A DNA stretch of 64,000 bases from an uncultured Prolixibacteraceae bacterium (GCA_937915865.1 CALGIG010000071.1:41184-105183), one strand, 5' to 3'. Positions 27,543-38,121 are shown, counted from the stretch's first letter. A program made the numbers and translations. Notes: generated by a model not told the origin, from the sequence alone.

Positions 27543-30500
27543 TTAAAGGGACACGTTAACCCCCAACGAGATTGTTTTTTGCTGAGGGTAATACGTACCG
27601 GATTCAAATGAGGGCGCTTCAGGGTCAAGGTTATATTTCTTCAGTTTGTCAAAAGTCAATAAATTAGTACCTGACAAATAAATCCTTACCTGTTTCATGT
27701 TGATTCGCTGCAAATATCGTTCTGGAATTGAGTACCCCAGCGAAAATACTTTTAAGCGCATATATCCGGCTTTTTTCAGATAAAAATCCGAATAATAAGA
27801 ACTATTGGGGGAGCCGTATGAACCCAATCGTGGAATCGAGGCATTTCGATTATTGTTTTGTTCCGTCCAGCGGGATTTATATACATAAGTAGCAAAGTTG
27901 CTCGGGTTACTACTCTTCAGGTCGCCAGTATAGTATTTAATGTAAGTGTAGTATCCAAATGCACCTTGCAAAAGAGCAGAAAGGTCGAAATTCTTATACC
28001 TCAAATTGACACTAGCCCCGACCATCCAGTGGGGCATTGTTCCTTTCCCGATTTCAACCATATCTCTCCAATCCAGTTTTCCGTCATTGTTAACGTCCTT
28101 GTAACGGATATCTCCAGGTTTAAGCGTCGTGTTACCTAAATTGTCCTGATTAAAAGGCAACGCATCGATTTCTGCCTGAGAGGTAAACAGACCGTCCGAT
28201 AAATATCCAAAATTAAGATCAGTCCATCTACCTGATCTCTGGTAGATTCGTACCTGGTCGGAATCTGTATAAGCGGGTTCTTCAAAATGACCCCATTTAG
28301 CCCTCGACCAGGAAATGTTTCCGCTGACATCCCAGGACAAATCGCGCTTGTTTCCGGCCGTCCCCAATTTCAACTCAAAACCTCTGTTATTCTGGCTGTT
28401 GATATTTTCGGGAGGTAAAGTCGCACCGAATGTCGAAGGCATCGAGAGAAGCCGGGTTGCCATAATTCCGTCGCGTTCACGGTAGAACACATCACCTTCC
28501 CCGTACAACTTCCGGTTAAAAAATGAGAAATCAAGACCAACATTGTACAGTTTCATTTTTTCCCATGTTAAATAAGGATTGGCTAAACCTTTTGACCCTA
28601 ATCCTTTTTGGGAGCCTGAGCCGAGTAAGTAGGAAAAATAGTCGAATTGGTACCCTGCCAAATATTGAAAATTACCTATGTTGTCGTTACCAGCTTCCCC
28701 GAAAGCAGCCCTTAGCTTTAAATCTGAGAGGGAACTGAAACTTTTCATGAAATTTTCTTCTGAAACCCGCCATCCAAGCGATACGCTCGGGAAATAACCC
28801 CATCGGCTATCTTTGGGGAACTTGGCTGACGCGTCAGCTCGCAGGATTGTCTCAATCAAATATTTATTCTGGTAAGAATAATTTAGCCTTCCCACATAAC
28901 TTGCCCGACCCATTTCACTGGCGCTTCCATTATTAGACATGCCATTGGTACTCCCTGCAAACAGTTGGTCAATTGCGGTAGTCAAGAAATTCTGCCGGTG
29001 GGCGCTAAACCAATCGCCCTTGTAATTTATAAATTCGTAAAGCGCGAGGGCCGTGATATGGTGGTCTTTACCAAGCGTGTTATCATAATGCAAAGATAAC
29101 TGTCCGGTAAGCGTCAGATCTTTAGAATCGCTCATGTCAAGGAACGCCTGGCTTCCTACGGCTGCAGAAAAAGTATATATTTGACTTTCCGGATCATACG
29201 TGTAAAATTTAACAGGTTTGGAGAATGCTTTATTGGTTGAATAGTTTCTGTCATAGTTGACGAACGCTTTTGCCGAAAGACCTTTAATTGCTTTAACGGA
29301 ATAATTTAAGGCGAGGGATCCCTTAAGGTTTTGCTTATCCGTGTCATTGTATCCATAGATTGACCTGTTGGTTGAAGCCAGACCTCCCGGCACAGAACCG
29401 GTAAAGGGCAATTTCGTGGGATCGGGAAAATGTGCCGGATAAATAGGGAGAGTTGACCAGAAATAAAGCCATGCGCTTTCCCCGCTTCCTTTATCATAGT
29501 TGGCATGCGGATAGTTAATGTCTTCAACAATACTTGATAAGGTCAGTTGTAAAGACAAATTATCCAAAATTTTTGCATCAATATTTGACTGAAAATTATA
29601 GCGGCGATAGTTTCCACCATCATTTTTAAACATGACCCCCTGATCCAAATAACCAACGAGCCCATAATATTTAATTTTGTCGCTTCCTCCTTGTACCGAT
29701 AAATTATGCTGTTGCTGAGGGGCCCAGGGTCTGACTAGTTCATTATACCAATCGGTATTAGGGTACAACGGATCCCCGCCTTGATAATATTTCTGAATAG
29801 CTTCCTCAGTAAACGGAGCGTTTTCTGCCGGCTGGCCGGATTGCAACCAGGCTTCCCTGACCAATTCGGCATACTGACCGGCATTGCAAGGCTTTGGGAC
29901 TGTTGTTATTCCTTGTAATGTATAGGACGAATTCAAGGTTATAGTCGGTTTTTGCACCGTACCCCGCTTTGTCGTCACCAATATTACGCCATTCCCTGCG
30001 CGCGAACCGTAAATTGAGGCCGAACCATCTTTTAAGATGGAAATAGATTCAATTTGGTTTGGATCAATTGAATTAAGACTGGATTCAACTCCATCAACAA
30101 TTACCAATGCGTTACCAAAACCCCGGATACTTAATGACGCCGCATCATATCCCGGTTGCCCACTTGATTGTACAGAGATCAGACCAGGAAGGCGTCCAGC
30201 CAGAGCATTCGTCGGGCTGGCAACAGGGGCGACAGTCAAATCATTTGATTTAACGGTAGAAATTGCCCCTGTAACATTTCCTTTTCGTTGTGTACCGTAG
30301 CCAACAGCCACAACTTCTTCAAGTCCAACTGTTTCTTCCTGCATAACCACATTAATGCTGGTTTTCCCGGATGTGGGAATCTCCTGTGTTTTCATGCCCA
30401 CAAAAGAAAATATTAGCGTTGCATCCCTTGCCACGTTGGTCAACGAATAATTACCGTTGGTATCTGTAATAATTCCTTGCGTAGTGCCTTTAATGAGTAC

Positions 30501-30956
30501 GGTCACGCCTGGCAAAGGTGCGCCAGAAGAGTCGGTAACTTTTCCCGATACGCTTCGTTGTTGTTGCACTAATTGAGAAACAGATTGATTTCCTCCCTTT
30601 TTCTGGATTAAGATATACCGATCAAAAATTTCATATTCAAAGCCATTGTCTTTCAAAAGGTAGTTTAATATCTCTGAAATAGACGCCTGCTTTGTTTCAA
30701 TTGTCAGATTTTTCAATTCTTCGATTTCGTCAGCCTTAAAAAAGAAGTTAAACTCTGTTTTTTCTTCAATTGCGCTTAGAATTGACTTGAGTGAAGCATT
30801 CTTCATATTCAGATCAAGATGGGTCGTTTGGGAGTATGTTTCTGTCGCATGAGCGGAAACTAACCCTACCAAAATAAAAATTACTATAAGCTTCATTGTC
30901 AATAAAAAATTTTGCCATTGCCATGACAGGCAACAGTCCTTGTTGTTTTTTTTCAT
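27543..30956 (-). CDS. susC: SusC/RagA-family TonB-dependent transporter with an N-terminal STN signalling extension.
   Basis: 1137 aa. An STN-like segment (LKSILSAIEEKTEFNFFF) precedes a carboxypeptidase-regulatory-like domain (VSGKVTDSSGAPLPGVTVLIKGT), a plug (GNVTGAIS...) and a C-terminal barrel. Confidence 0.92.
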   Translation of the reverse strand: MKKNNKDCCLSWQWQNFLLTMKLIVIFILVGLVSAHATETYSQTTHLDLNMKNASLKSILSAIEEKTEFNFFFKADEIEELKNLTIETKQASISEILNYLLKDNGFEYEIFDRYILIQKKGGNQSVSQLVQQQRSVSGKVTDSSGAPLPGVTVLIKGTTQGIITDTNGNYSLTNVARDATLIFSFVGMKTQEIPTSGKTSINVVMQEETVGLEEVVAVGYGTQRKGNVTGAISTVKSNDLTVAPVASPTNALAGRLPGLISVQSSGQPGYDAASLSIRGFGNALVIVDGVESSLNSIDPNQIESISILKDGSASIYGSRAGNGVILVTTKRGTVQKPTITLNSSYTLQGITTVPKPCNAGQYAELVREAWLQSGQPAENAPFTEEAIQKYYQGGDPLYPNTDWYNELVRPWAPQQQHNLSVQGGSDKIKYYGLVGYLDQGVMFKNDGGNYRRYNFQSNIDAKILDNLSLQLTLSSIVEDINYPHANYDKGSGESAWLYFWSTLPIYPAHFPDPTKLPFTGSVPGGLASTNRSIYGYNDTDKQNLKGSLALNYSVKAIKGLSAKAFVNYDRNYSTNKAFSKPVKFYTYDPESQIYTFSAAVGSQAFLDMSDSKDLTLTGQLSLHYDNTLGKDHHITALALYEFINYKGDWFSAHRQNFLTTAIDQLFAGSTNGMSNNGSASEMGRASYVGRLNYSYQNKYLIETILRADASAKFPKDSRWGYFPSVSLGWRVSEENFMKSFSSLSDLKLRAAFGEAGNDNIGNFQYLAGYQFDYFSYLLGSGSQKGLGSKGLANPYLTWEKMKLYNVGLDFSFFNRKLYGEGDVFYRERDGIMATRLLSMPSTFGATLPPENINSQNNRGFELKLGTAGNKRDLSWDVSGNISWSRAKWGHFEEPAYTDSDQVRIYQRSGRWTDLNFGYLSDGLFTSQAEIDALPFNQDNLGNTTLKPGDIRYKDVNNDGKLDWRDMVEIGKGTMPHWMVGASVNLRYKNFDLSALLQGAFGYYTYIKYYTGDLKSSNPSNFATYVYKSRWTEQNNNRNASIPRLGSYGSPNSSYYSDFYLKKAGYMRLKVFSLGYSIPERYLQRINMKQVRIYLSGTNLLTFDKLKKYNLDPEAPSFESGTYYPQQKTISLGVNVSL

Positions 30957-31085
30957 AACTTTGTCATGTTTTAATTAAAGTTTTACTACAAGTGAAAGCA
31001 ATTGGCGGTGAGAGTGGAGGGCACTTTCACCGTTCTTTAGTTAATCTTTTGGTTTCAGTAAATAAATCATAGGCAGCTAGTTTTT
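30957..31085 (-). promoter_or_regulatory. susC leader/promoter cassette, copy A (contains an imperfect hairpin at 31006-31032).
   Basis: This is the intergenic region between the fecR stop and the susC ATG. About 85 bp of it recurs nearly identically at 43596-43680 and more loosely at 38122-38175. Confidence 0.6.
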
Positions 31086-32090
31086 TTAGTTTTTAGATAT
31101 TATTATTTCGTCTTTTTTGTTGTTATATGCTTTCAATTCACATTTCACGCCGTACATGCGTTCCAGGATTTTAAGGAATGGATTAAGCGATTTTCCCTTT
31201 GAAATAGTCCCGGAGACTTCAATATCGCCAACCTTATCTCCAACGAGTTGAATATTAACATTATACCACCTCTCCAGCATAATTACTAATTCAGAAAGCT
31301 TAGTTCTGTTAAGGTATATTTTCCCGTCAATCCAACTGCTGTAGAAATCGGTATTGACTTGCTGGATAGTTGTTTGGCCGCTATGTTTGTTGATGCGAAG
31401 TTGCTCTGACGGTTTCAGGGTTGCCAGGTAATTGCCATTGCTTTTTTCTACTGTCACCACACCTTCAATAAGAGTTACAGTCAAGTCAGGGTCGTCTTTA
31501 TAAGCTGACACATCAAAAGTTGTCCCATACACCTTGATAATCCCTGTTTTCGTCTTGACCTCGAAAGGAACTTTATCGTTGTGCGTAACCTTAAACTGCG
31601 CTTCCCCGATTAGCGTTACTGACCTTTCTTTGTTATCAAACGTTGTAGGGTATTCGAATATGGTGCCGGAGTTGAGCCAAACCTGTGTTCCGTCTGACAA
31701 GGTTATTTTTCCCATCTGTCCTCTTTCCAATTCAATCCTGTTTTTTGTTTCCTGTGATTCCGGTGTGAATAATTTAGGTACCATCACTCCGACCAAAAGG
31801 GCAATCAGAAATATAGCGGCATATTTTGAAAAATTCATAAGAAAGTTCCTTACCTGCCGGAATTGGCTTATTTGACGATTTATGTGTTTCCAGTTTTTCT
31901 CTTTATCGATTTTTTGAATGAGAAAACTATTAGAGGACTTAATGCGAATGAGTTTTACCTGACGTAGTGCTTTTTGGGTTTCCTTGTAACCTTTTATCTT
32001 CTCAAATTCCTTTTCTTCATTTGCATCCAGTTCGTCATTGACCTTTTTGACGCACAAATCCCAAACCCTATTCTTGTCCATTCCGTTCAT
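31086..32090 (-). CDS. FecR-family anti-sigma factor / transmembrane sensor.
   Basis: 334 aa. It has one central TM segment and a FecR-like periplasmic part (ITLSDGTQVWLNSGT). It lies between the ECF sigma gene and the STN-bearing susC. Confidence 0.85.
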   Translation of the reverse strand: MNGMDKNRVWDLCVKKVNDELDANEEKEFEKIKGYKETQKALRQVKLIRIKSSNSFLIQKIDKEKNWKHINRQISQFRQVRNFLMNFSKYAAIFLIALLVGVMVPKLFTPESQETKNRIELERGQMGKITLSDGTQVWLNSGTIFEYPTTFDNKERSVTLIGEAQFKVTHNDKVPFEVKTKTGIIKVYGTTFDVSAYKDDPDLTVTLIEGVVTVEKSNGNYLATLKPSEQLRINKHSGQTTIQQVNTDFYSSWIDGKIYLNRTKLSELVIMLERWYNVNIQLVGDKVGDIEVSGTISKGKSLNPFLKILERMYGVKCELKAYNNKKDEIIISKN

Positions 32091-32160
32091 CTGTATTATC
32101 GTTTCTACTTTAAAGACGCTAATACATCAAAATCCAGTGACAGGAAAAAGATAAATAATT

Positions 32161-32721
32161 TCAATTTTTTTTGAAAAAGAACCATAAAAGGAGCTCGTTC
32201 CTGTTTAACCGTTCGCGTAGAAACCGGTAAGCGCGGCACATTTGTGTATTGACCGTATTAACAGATATTTCCAGTATTTCAGCAATTTCCTTATAAGTCT
32301 TGCCCCTAAAGACAGCCAGTTCCAAAATTTTTTTTTGTTGATTCGGTAGTTCCTCGATCAACCGGTAAACACGACGAATGGTTTCTTCCTTCTCAAGGTT
32401 ATACTCGTCAACCGCGATATTCTCCAAACGTTCGACAACGGTATTGATATCAACTTTTCGACTTTCTGGAGACTGCAAATAAGTGTAAATGGCATTTCGA
32501 ACAGAAACCAAGAGATAATATTTGAGAGAAGATTTAATCTGAATGGACTCCTTTCTCTCCCAAATCCTTATAAAACAATCACTAACAATATCTTGCGAAA
32601 GCTCTAAATTGTTAATTAATGAATTTGCATACTGGCATAAAGGTGAATAATAATCATCAAAAAGCAAACGAAATGCCTGTTTATCCCCTGATTTAATATT
32701 ATCCCAGTTCCATTCCTCCAT
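32161..32721 (-). CDS. ECF-type RNA polymerase sigma-70 factor.
   Basis: 186 aa with region 2 (FRLLFDDYYSPLCQYA) and a region 4 HTH (KTYKEIAEILEISVNTVNTQMCRA). Confidence 0.9.
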   Translation of the reverse strand: MEEWNWDNIKSGDKQAFRLLFDDYYSPLCQYANSLINNLELSQDIVSDCFIRIWERKESIQIKSSLKYYLLVSVRNAIYTYLQSPESRKVDINTVVERLENIAVDEYNLEKEETIRRVYRLIEELPNQQKKILELAVFRGKTYKEIAEILEISVNTVNTQMCRAYRFLRERLNRNELLLWFFFKKN

Positions 32722-32761
32722 AAAAATATGATGATAAAATTCTCACAATATTAAAGATTAA

Positions 32762-33658
32762 TTTGAGAAACTGTTTAAATTTTAGAAAATGATTGTATAA
32801 TATATTGACTATCAGTTGATTGGTTAAGTAAATTGTCGTATCTTTAAGAGTACCAACTACTTACAGATACATGACTCATTATCCAACCAACCTTACTGAT
32901 AGCCAATGGCTCTTTTTAGATGGCATTTTACGCAATAAACGCAAGAGGAAGCACTCCCTGCGTGAAATACTTAATGGCATCTTCTATCTGCTTAAAACAG
33001 GCTGCCAGTGGCGTATGCTGCCACATTGTTTTCCAAAATGGGAACTAGTTTACTACTACTTCTCGAAATGGAAGAACGATGGCACTATTGAACTTATTCA
33101 TGAATTGCTTCGTGATAAAGTTCGCAAGAAAGCTGGGAGGCAAGTATCTCCAAGCTTAGCTTGCATTGATAGTCAATCCGTTAAAACCACCCGTATTGGA
33201 GGTGATTGCCGCGGGATTGATGGAGGCAAAAGGATCAAAGGACGTAAGCGTCATATTATCACAGATTCCATGGGGCTATTGCTTGCCGTGGTTGTTCATG
33301 CTGCAAATGTACATGACAGCAAGGGTGCCGCTGATGTAATTGCCTTATTGAGATATCGTTTCGACAGGCTTGTCAAGATTGTTGCCGATGGCGGTTATAG
33401 AGGTGAACTCGTAGAGAAGACCAAAACTGCTTATGGCTGGATTCTTGACATCGTACTGAGAAAAGACGATTCTCCAAAATTTGCCGTAATACCCAAAAGG
33501 TGGGTTATAGAAAGAACGTTTGCTTGGTTTGAAAGCTACAGAAGGCTCAGTAAAGATTTTGAATACAATACTAATACAAGTGAAGCTATGATCCAACTTG
33601 CAATGATAAAACTAATGCTTAACAGAATTCATAAATGAAATTTAAACAGTTTCTGAAA
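32762..33658 (+). mobile_element. IS5-family insertion sequence with terminal inverted repeats and a 7-9-bp target-site duplication.
   Basis: The left IR is TTTGAGAAACTGTTTAAATTT (from 32762). The reverse complement of the right end is TTTCAGAAACTGTTTAAATTT (to 33658). The direct repeat AGATTAA sits at 32755-32761 and 33659-33665. Confidence 0.85.
32871..33638 (+). CDS. IS5-family DDE transposase.
   Basis: 255 aa. The N-terminus LTDSQWLFLDGIL...REILNGIFYLLKTGCQWRMLP and the C-terminus RWVIERTFAWFESYRRLSKDFE are typical of IS5-family transposases. Confidence 0.9.
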   Translation: MTHYPTNLTDSQWLFLDGILRNKRKRKHSLREILNGIFYLLKTGCQWRMLPHCFPKWELVYYYFSKWKNDGTIELIHELLRDKVRKKAGRQVSPSLACIDSQSVKTTRIGGDCRGIDGGKRIKGRKRHIITDSMGLLLAVVVHAANVHDSKGAADVIALLRYRFDRLVKIVADGGYRGELVEKTKTAYGWILDIVLRKDDSPKFAVIPKRWVIERTFAWFESYRRLSKDFEYNTNTSEAMIQLAMIKLMLNRIHK

Positions 33659-34132
33659 AGATTAAAATCATCTTAGGGGGTTTACCGCAGCCAACGAAAT
33701 CAAAAGATGATTCGTGTTAAAGCTCTGTAAAGAAATGAGCGAAGAACAATTTTTTGACCAAATGCGCCAACTTCGCAAAATAAGGGAGATGGATATAAAC
33801 AAGTAGTAGAATTACATTAGATGCAAGATTATAAAAGAAGGACATTTGATAGGTCCAATTATAGAAGTGATTCGCCAAATGGGTTATTTGGGTGGCAACG
33901 CTCAGGCATACCAGCACATCAATTTTCTTAAAGGCACTCCCGCAACATAGCTACGAACTACATGGAATCACAACGAAAAAGCATACCTTAACGTGAATTC
34001 GATCTAATTTTTAGGTTCAAGTGCGTTTCTATAATTGATATCAATGTTTTCCGCCCCAAATTAAAATGATACCAGGGTCTTCTATAGGTTTATTGCTCAT
34101 ATTTTTGCTGTACTAGTTTTCCCTGATGTTCA

Positions 34133-34199
34133 CGATAACTCGGTTCCCGATTATGCAAACGTTTTCATAATCGGGAACCAAATAATTCGGCAGTTATCG
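34133..34199. repeat. Long imperfect palindrome (perfect 14-bp inner stem).
   Basis: ggttcccgattatg (34142-34155) pairs with cataatcgggaacc (34166-34179). The outer arms are cgataact (34133-34140) and agttatcg (34192-34199). It lies in an apparently non-coding ~900-bp stretch. Confidence 0.6.
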
Positions 34200-34549
34200 A
34201 ACACCTGAGTAACCCTCGATGCTTCATGGTTTTGCCATCAATCTTCACACGCCCCGCATGCAGGATAGCAGAGTCTTCTACAACAGGAGACATCATTTCC
34301 GGGCTTACTGCGTTATGTAATATATCCGGCATCCATGTACTGTGGTTCGAAATTTTTGGTTACAGACAAGGTAAATATTCCGTGTTCTCATCTTTTATAA
34401 TCGCAGTTTGTTTCATCGCGGGCTACAGTCACTTTGATCATTTTTTCTGCTGGCGGCTAAGCGACAAGCCGCAGGCCCGATAAGATGACAAAGCCAAAAA
34501 TACTATTCGAAGGTGATACATAGCTACCATGGTTTATTGATTTTGATCT

Positions 34550-35863
34550 TCATTTAAAACTTATTTGTGTTTTTGCAGATTCCAGCCCAACCCTGTTGAC
34601 AGTTGTAAGCGATATTGAGTCCTTTGCGCTTATTCCAATCCCCAACAACTTTACCGACATAGGAGGTGGAACAACGGGAACAGCGTCATCGCAGTTGGTA
34701 TCGTACGACTGAAAATTCCCGTACGGCGGGTATTGCATGAACAACTTCCCATTCCTGTAAAAATTAAAACACTGGATGCCTGATTCAATGTCGGCATCAG
34801 CAGTCCAGTTGATTGTTAAAGTGTCGCCTCTTTTTTCAAATTTTGCGTTTTTGGGAGAAGGGGGAGGTGTAACATCTTTTACTTTAGCTGTGGCGATATA
34901 TTCACTGAACTTCGCGGCACAGGCCGAATCCGGCAGCCATGATTTGTTTTGCGGGTTTCCTTGGAACAGAGCCGCATTATAGATTTGTGGTTTGCAGTTG
35001 GTGGTAGTATCGCAAAGCCATGCTTTTGCCTGATCCATATCTTTCAGAACATTTGAACCATCTGTGGAAAGGCGCTGTTTCAGTACCGATTCAAAAAAAG
35101 GTATTACCATGTTCCTCAGATAGGTAAAATTGTGCGTCTGACCAGCATTGTAAGCCAAGCTTACCAGTCCGCCCATGCTACGTAACTTCGAAAACGTGTG
35201 CAGAGCTGTTTCCCAACAATTAATAATGTCCTTCGATCCAGCATGTCTTATCAACAGTGGAATCTTTGTGGCTGCTTCTGAATAGACGAACTGGGGATCG
35301 AAAGCCGGCGAGTAGGCTACGATAGCCATAATTCGTTCAGGAAATTTATCCAGCATAGACAGCACCCAATAGCCACCACCCGAGTGGCCCCACAGCAAGA
35401 AAGGGGCACTGGCAAGTTCCGGATGTTTGGAAATTTTTCCAATCGTTTCGAGCGCTGCGAAAAGAGACGGCCCTGAACCGTCCTCAACAGGATCCCGCCA
35501 GTCAAAACAATTCGAACCAGGTTTGGGATACAGGTCCGGGCCAACTACAGCCAATCCCCATTTTTTTGCAAAGGATTGATATTGCACATCGTAAGCAGTA
35601 GCAACTCCTCTGCCCTCTGCTGTGCATCCATGTTGATGGATAAAGGAACCCCGGATTTTCCCTATCCCTTCTGGTATAAAAATAGAATAACAAGCTCGAT
35701 CAAAGTTGAAACTGCTGTCGCGGATAGTTACATTATAGATAGTCCCACCTGGAACCTTTACAATGGTTTGACCAAATACTGACGACAAAATAAATGTAGA
35801 TATTATGACAGCTTTTATTTTCAATTTTATACAACACATAAGACTTATATTTTTCATATGCAA
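34550..35863 (-). CDS. Secreted alpha/beta-hydrolase esterase (carbohydrate-esterase-like) with a C-terminal Ig/Fn3-like domain.
   Basis: 437 aa with a signal peptide. It has a nucleophile elbow GHSGGG, and the C-terminal ~100 aa look like a beta-sandwich (TINWTADADIESGIQCFNFYRNG). Confidence 0.6.
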   Translation of the reverse strand: MHMKNISLMCCIKLKIKAVIISTFILSSVFGQTIVKVPGGTIYNVTIRDSSFNFDRACYSIFIPEGIGKIRGSFIHQHGCTAEGRGVATAYDVQYQSFAKKWGLAVVGPDLYPKPGSNCFDWRDPVEDGSGPSLFAALETIGKISKHPELASAPFLLWGHSGGGYWVLSMLDKFPERIMAIVAYSPAFDPQFVYSEAATKIPLLIRHAGSKDIINCWETALHTFSKLRSMGGLVSLAYNAGQTHNFTYLRNMVIPFFESVLKQRLSTDGSNVLKDMDQAKAWLCDTTTNCKPQIYNAALFQGNPQNKSWLPDSACAAKFSEYIATAKVKDVTPPPSPKNAKFEKRGDTLTINWTADADIESGIQCFNFYRNGKLFMQYPPYGNFQSYDTNCDDAVPVVPPPMSVKLLGIGISAKDSISLTTVNRVGLESAKTQISFK

Positions 35864-35951
35864 TTTTTATTTAAAATCATTGTTGCCCGGTAAACCAGGA
35901 TATTTCTAATAAATTCATAATAGTTTTTAGTTTAAATGGTCTGTAAATCTT

Positions 35952-37931
35952 TCATCGCGTAATTCTCATGACAAATCCGCCTCCATGTGCCATTTTAACT
36001 GCAAAATTTGAATCTTTATTAACTGGTACATTTTCAAAAAGATAATCCGTTCCGATACGATCAGAATTCGGACCGTCTTTTAAAATTTGGGCAGTATAAT
36101 TTCCATCACCCAAAAAAGAGAAATCAATGGTAGCTTGCTGTGGTTGTTTTCCTGTCATACCAGCTACATACCAGGTATTGCCAGTCTTCCGCGCTTCAAC
36201 GAGGTATTCTCCAAATTTCGCCTCCAACACTTTTGTTTCGTCCCAGGTGGTCGGAATTTTAGCGATGAACTTCGTAATTTCAGGTTCGTGTTCATAAACA
36301 GAAGGAGCATCACATAACATTTTCAGAGGTTCATTGTAAAGAACATACAGGGAGATTTCATTGCATCGTGTTCCATGAACGCAAGGTAAAGTCATGCGCT
36401 GGTTGTGTCCTGATTGCAAGTTACGCATTCCTCCAGGAGTGTAATCCATCGGCCCCTGTAACCCACGGGCAAATGGGAGTAATACTTTATGGGCCACTGT
36501 AGCCTTGTCTACATTGATTTTATTCCATTCATTTCCTGCCACAGCTTCCCAATTAATCACATTCGGGTAAGCCCTTGATAAACCTGTTGGTTTTGTACAA
36601 CCATGGAAGTCAACAAGCATTTTCCTTTCAGCCGCGGCCCGTGCAATGTTCTCGTAAATTTGTATTCCGGTCTGGTCTTCCCGATAAAAAAAATCGGCCT
36701 TGATCCCTGCAACACCATACGAAGCGAACAAATCGAGTGCCTTATTCAGTTGTTCGTAAAGAGAATGTCCTGGCACCCATACAATCACCTTAACCCCTTT
36801 CGATGAACCATAATCAACAATTTTTTTTAGGTCAACCTCCGGATTTAATAAGGTAAGGTCGTCCTTATCGGTCAAGCCTGCGTCAATCAAGATATATTCC
36901 AGTCCATAATTGGCAGCGAAATCTATATGGTACAAGTAGGTTTGAGTATTTACCCCGCCCTTCAAATCCTGCCCTTCAACCGCATAGTCATGCCACCATT
37001 CCCACGCTACTTTACCTGGCTTAATCCAATCAGTTTTCGGTAACTTGCATGGTCTGGAAAGCTGATATACCAAATCACAATCAGCAAAAGTCCGGTCATC
37101 ATCGCTAATCACCAATAAACGCCATGGATACTCTCGGGAGCCGTTCGTTTTAGCTATGTAATCTGCCTCCTTATCCGGATTCCGTAAATAGTTATTGTAT
37201 CCTCCTCTCTTAGCAGTTAAAACATATTTTTCAAAGGAGCCTGAAAAATTGTTTTCAACATCATTTCCCCGATCAAGAAATAAACTCGGATAATCGAACA
37301 GATCAGCTTCGGTAATCGCAACTTTTACGTTTGGCGTTGCTTGCACGATAACAGGCAGGCAGATTTTATGCATTCTCCTTCCAATACCCCGCCTTTGTAT
37401 CGAATCGGCATTAAGGGAGACAAACATATAGTTTGTCTCATAATTTGGTTCATCAAGAACCCAGGCTGATGCATCGGCATTGAAACGAAATTCCACTTGC
37501 TCATTTTTCACAATCACCTGTTTTTCTTTTAACCGGGTCACAAACCGGTAAGCGATTCCATTGTCGTAAGCCCTAAATTCCACCGAGTAATTTCCTGCAA
37601 AATTAATAGTCAACTGGTTATAATTATCATTTACTTCATGTCGGCTACCCCAAACAGGCCGAATGGTTGTGTCAACTGCATTCTCGGAAAAGTCCAGCAT
37701 CTTTGGATCTTTTCCCAAAGTTGTGTTCTCCAGAGAAAGACTTAATGGTGAGGCGTTGAGAACCCTCTCATTTCTGAAGAAAACAGAATAATAGATTTTT
37801 TCTTTTAAAATAACCTCAACAGCTATGTTATTAGCAGGAGACACAAGCTTTATTTCTGAGGCGTAGGCTATTAAACCTGAGAAGAAAAATAATAAAACAA
37901 AAACTAACCTTTTCTTTTGCATTTTTTTCAT
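35952..37931 (-). CDS. Glycoside hydrolase family 97, second paralog.
   Basis: 659 aa, collinear with and highly similar to the 21686..23656 product (for example GIKADFFYREDQTG, VDFHGCTKPTGLSRAYPN). Confidence 0.88.
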   Translation of the reverse strand: MKKMQKKRLVFVLLFFFSGLIAYASEIKLVSPANNIAVEVILKEKIYYSVFFRNERVLNASPLSLSLENTTLGKDPKMLDFSENAVDTTIRPVWGSRHEVNDNYNQLTINFAGNYSVEFRAYDNGIAYRFVTRLKEKQVIVKNEQVEFRFNADASAWVLDEPNYETNYMFVSLNADSIQRRGIGRRMHKICLPVIVQATPNVKVAITEADLFDYPSLFLDRGNDVENNFSGSFEKYVLTAKRGGYNNYLRNPDKEADYIAKTNGSREYPWRLLVISDDDRTFADCDLVYQLSRPCKLPKTDWIKPGKVAWEWWHDYAVEGQDLKGGVNTQTYLYHIDFAANYGLEYILIDAGLTDKDDLTLLNPEVDLKKIVDYGSSKGVKVIVWVPGHSLYEQLNKALDLFASYGVAGIKADFFYREDQTGIQIYENIARAAAERKMLVDFHGCTKPTGLSRAYPNVINWEAVAGNEWNKINVDKATVAHKVLLPFARGLQGPMDYTPGGMRNLQSGHNQRMTLPCVHGTRCNEISLYVLYNEPLKMLCDAPSVYEHEPEITKFIAKIPTTWDETKVLEAKFGEYLVEARKTGNTWYVAGMTGKQPQQATIDFSFLGDGNYTAQILKDGPNSDRIGTDYLFENVPVNKDSNFAVKMAHGGGFVMRITR

Positions 37932-38121
37932 TTTGATGTATTTAAATCATAATACTTCGTTAATTTTTAACCATTTATTTTGCTCCAATCCAATAGTTCT
38001 GCAACATTTTTTTTTTTTAATTTTTAGCAGTGTTTGGATTAGTAGTGAACCCGCAGATAATTTCCCCAATTATCAAGGTTCCAGTAAGTTTAATCTATCG
38101 TCTATCCTCCCTAAATTTTTC

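Noticed and set aside
33666-34549. Possible degraded gene(s), including ORFs 33717..33917(-) and 34226..34483(+), and a plus-strand reading ...EGHLIGPIIEVIRQMGYLGGNAQAYQHINFLKG.
   Set aside because: The frames are broken by stops and I could not recognise a family. There is not enough support to call a CDS or name a pseudogene.
38007-38018. T12 homopolymer upstream of the second GH97 gene, considered as a slipped-strand phase-variation tract.
   Set aside because: It lies between cassette B and the gene start with no defined promoter elements around it. A single AT-rich homopolymer in an AT-rich spacer is not evidence of phase variation.
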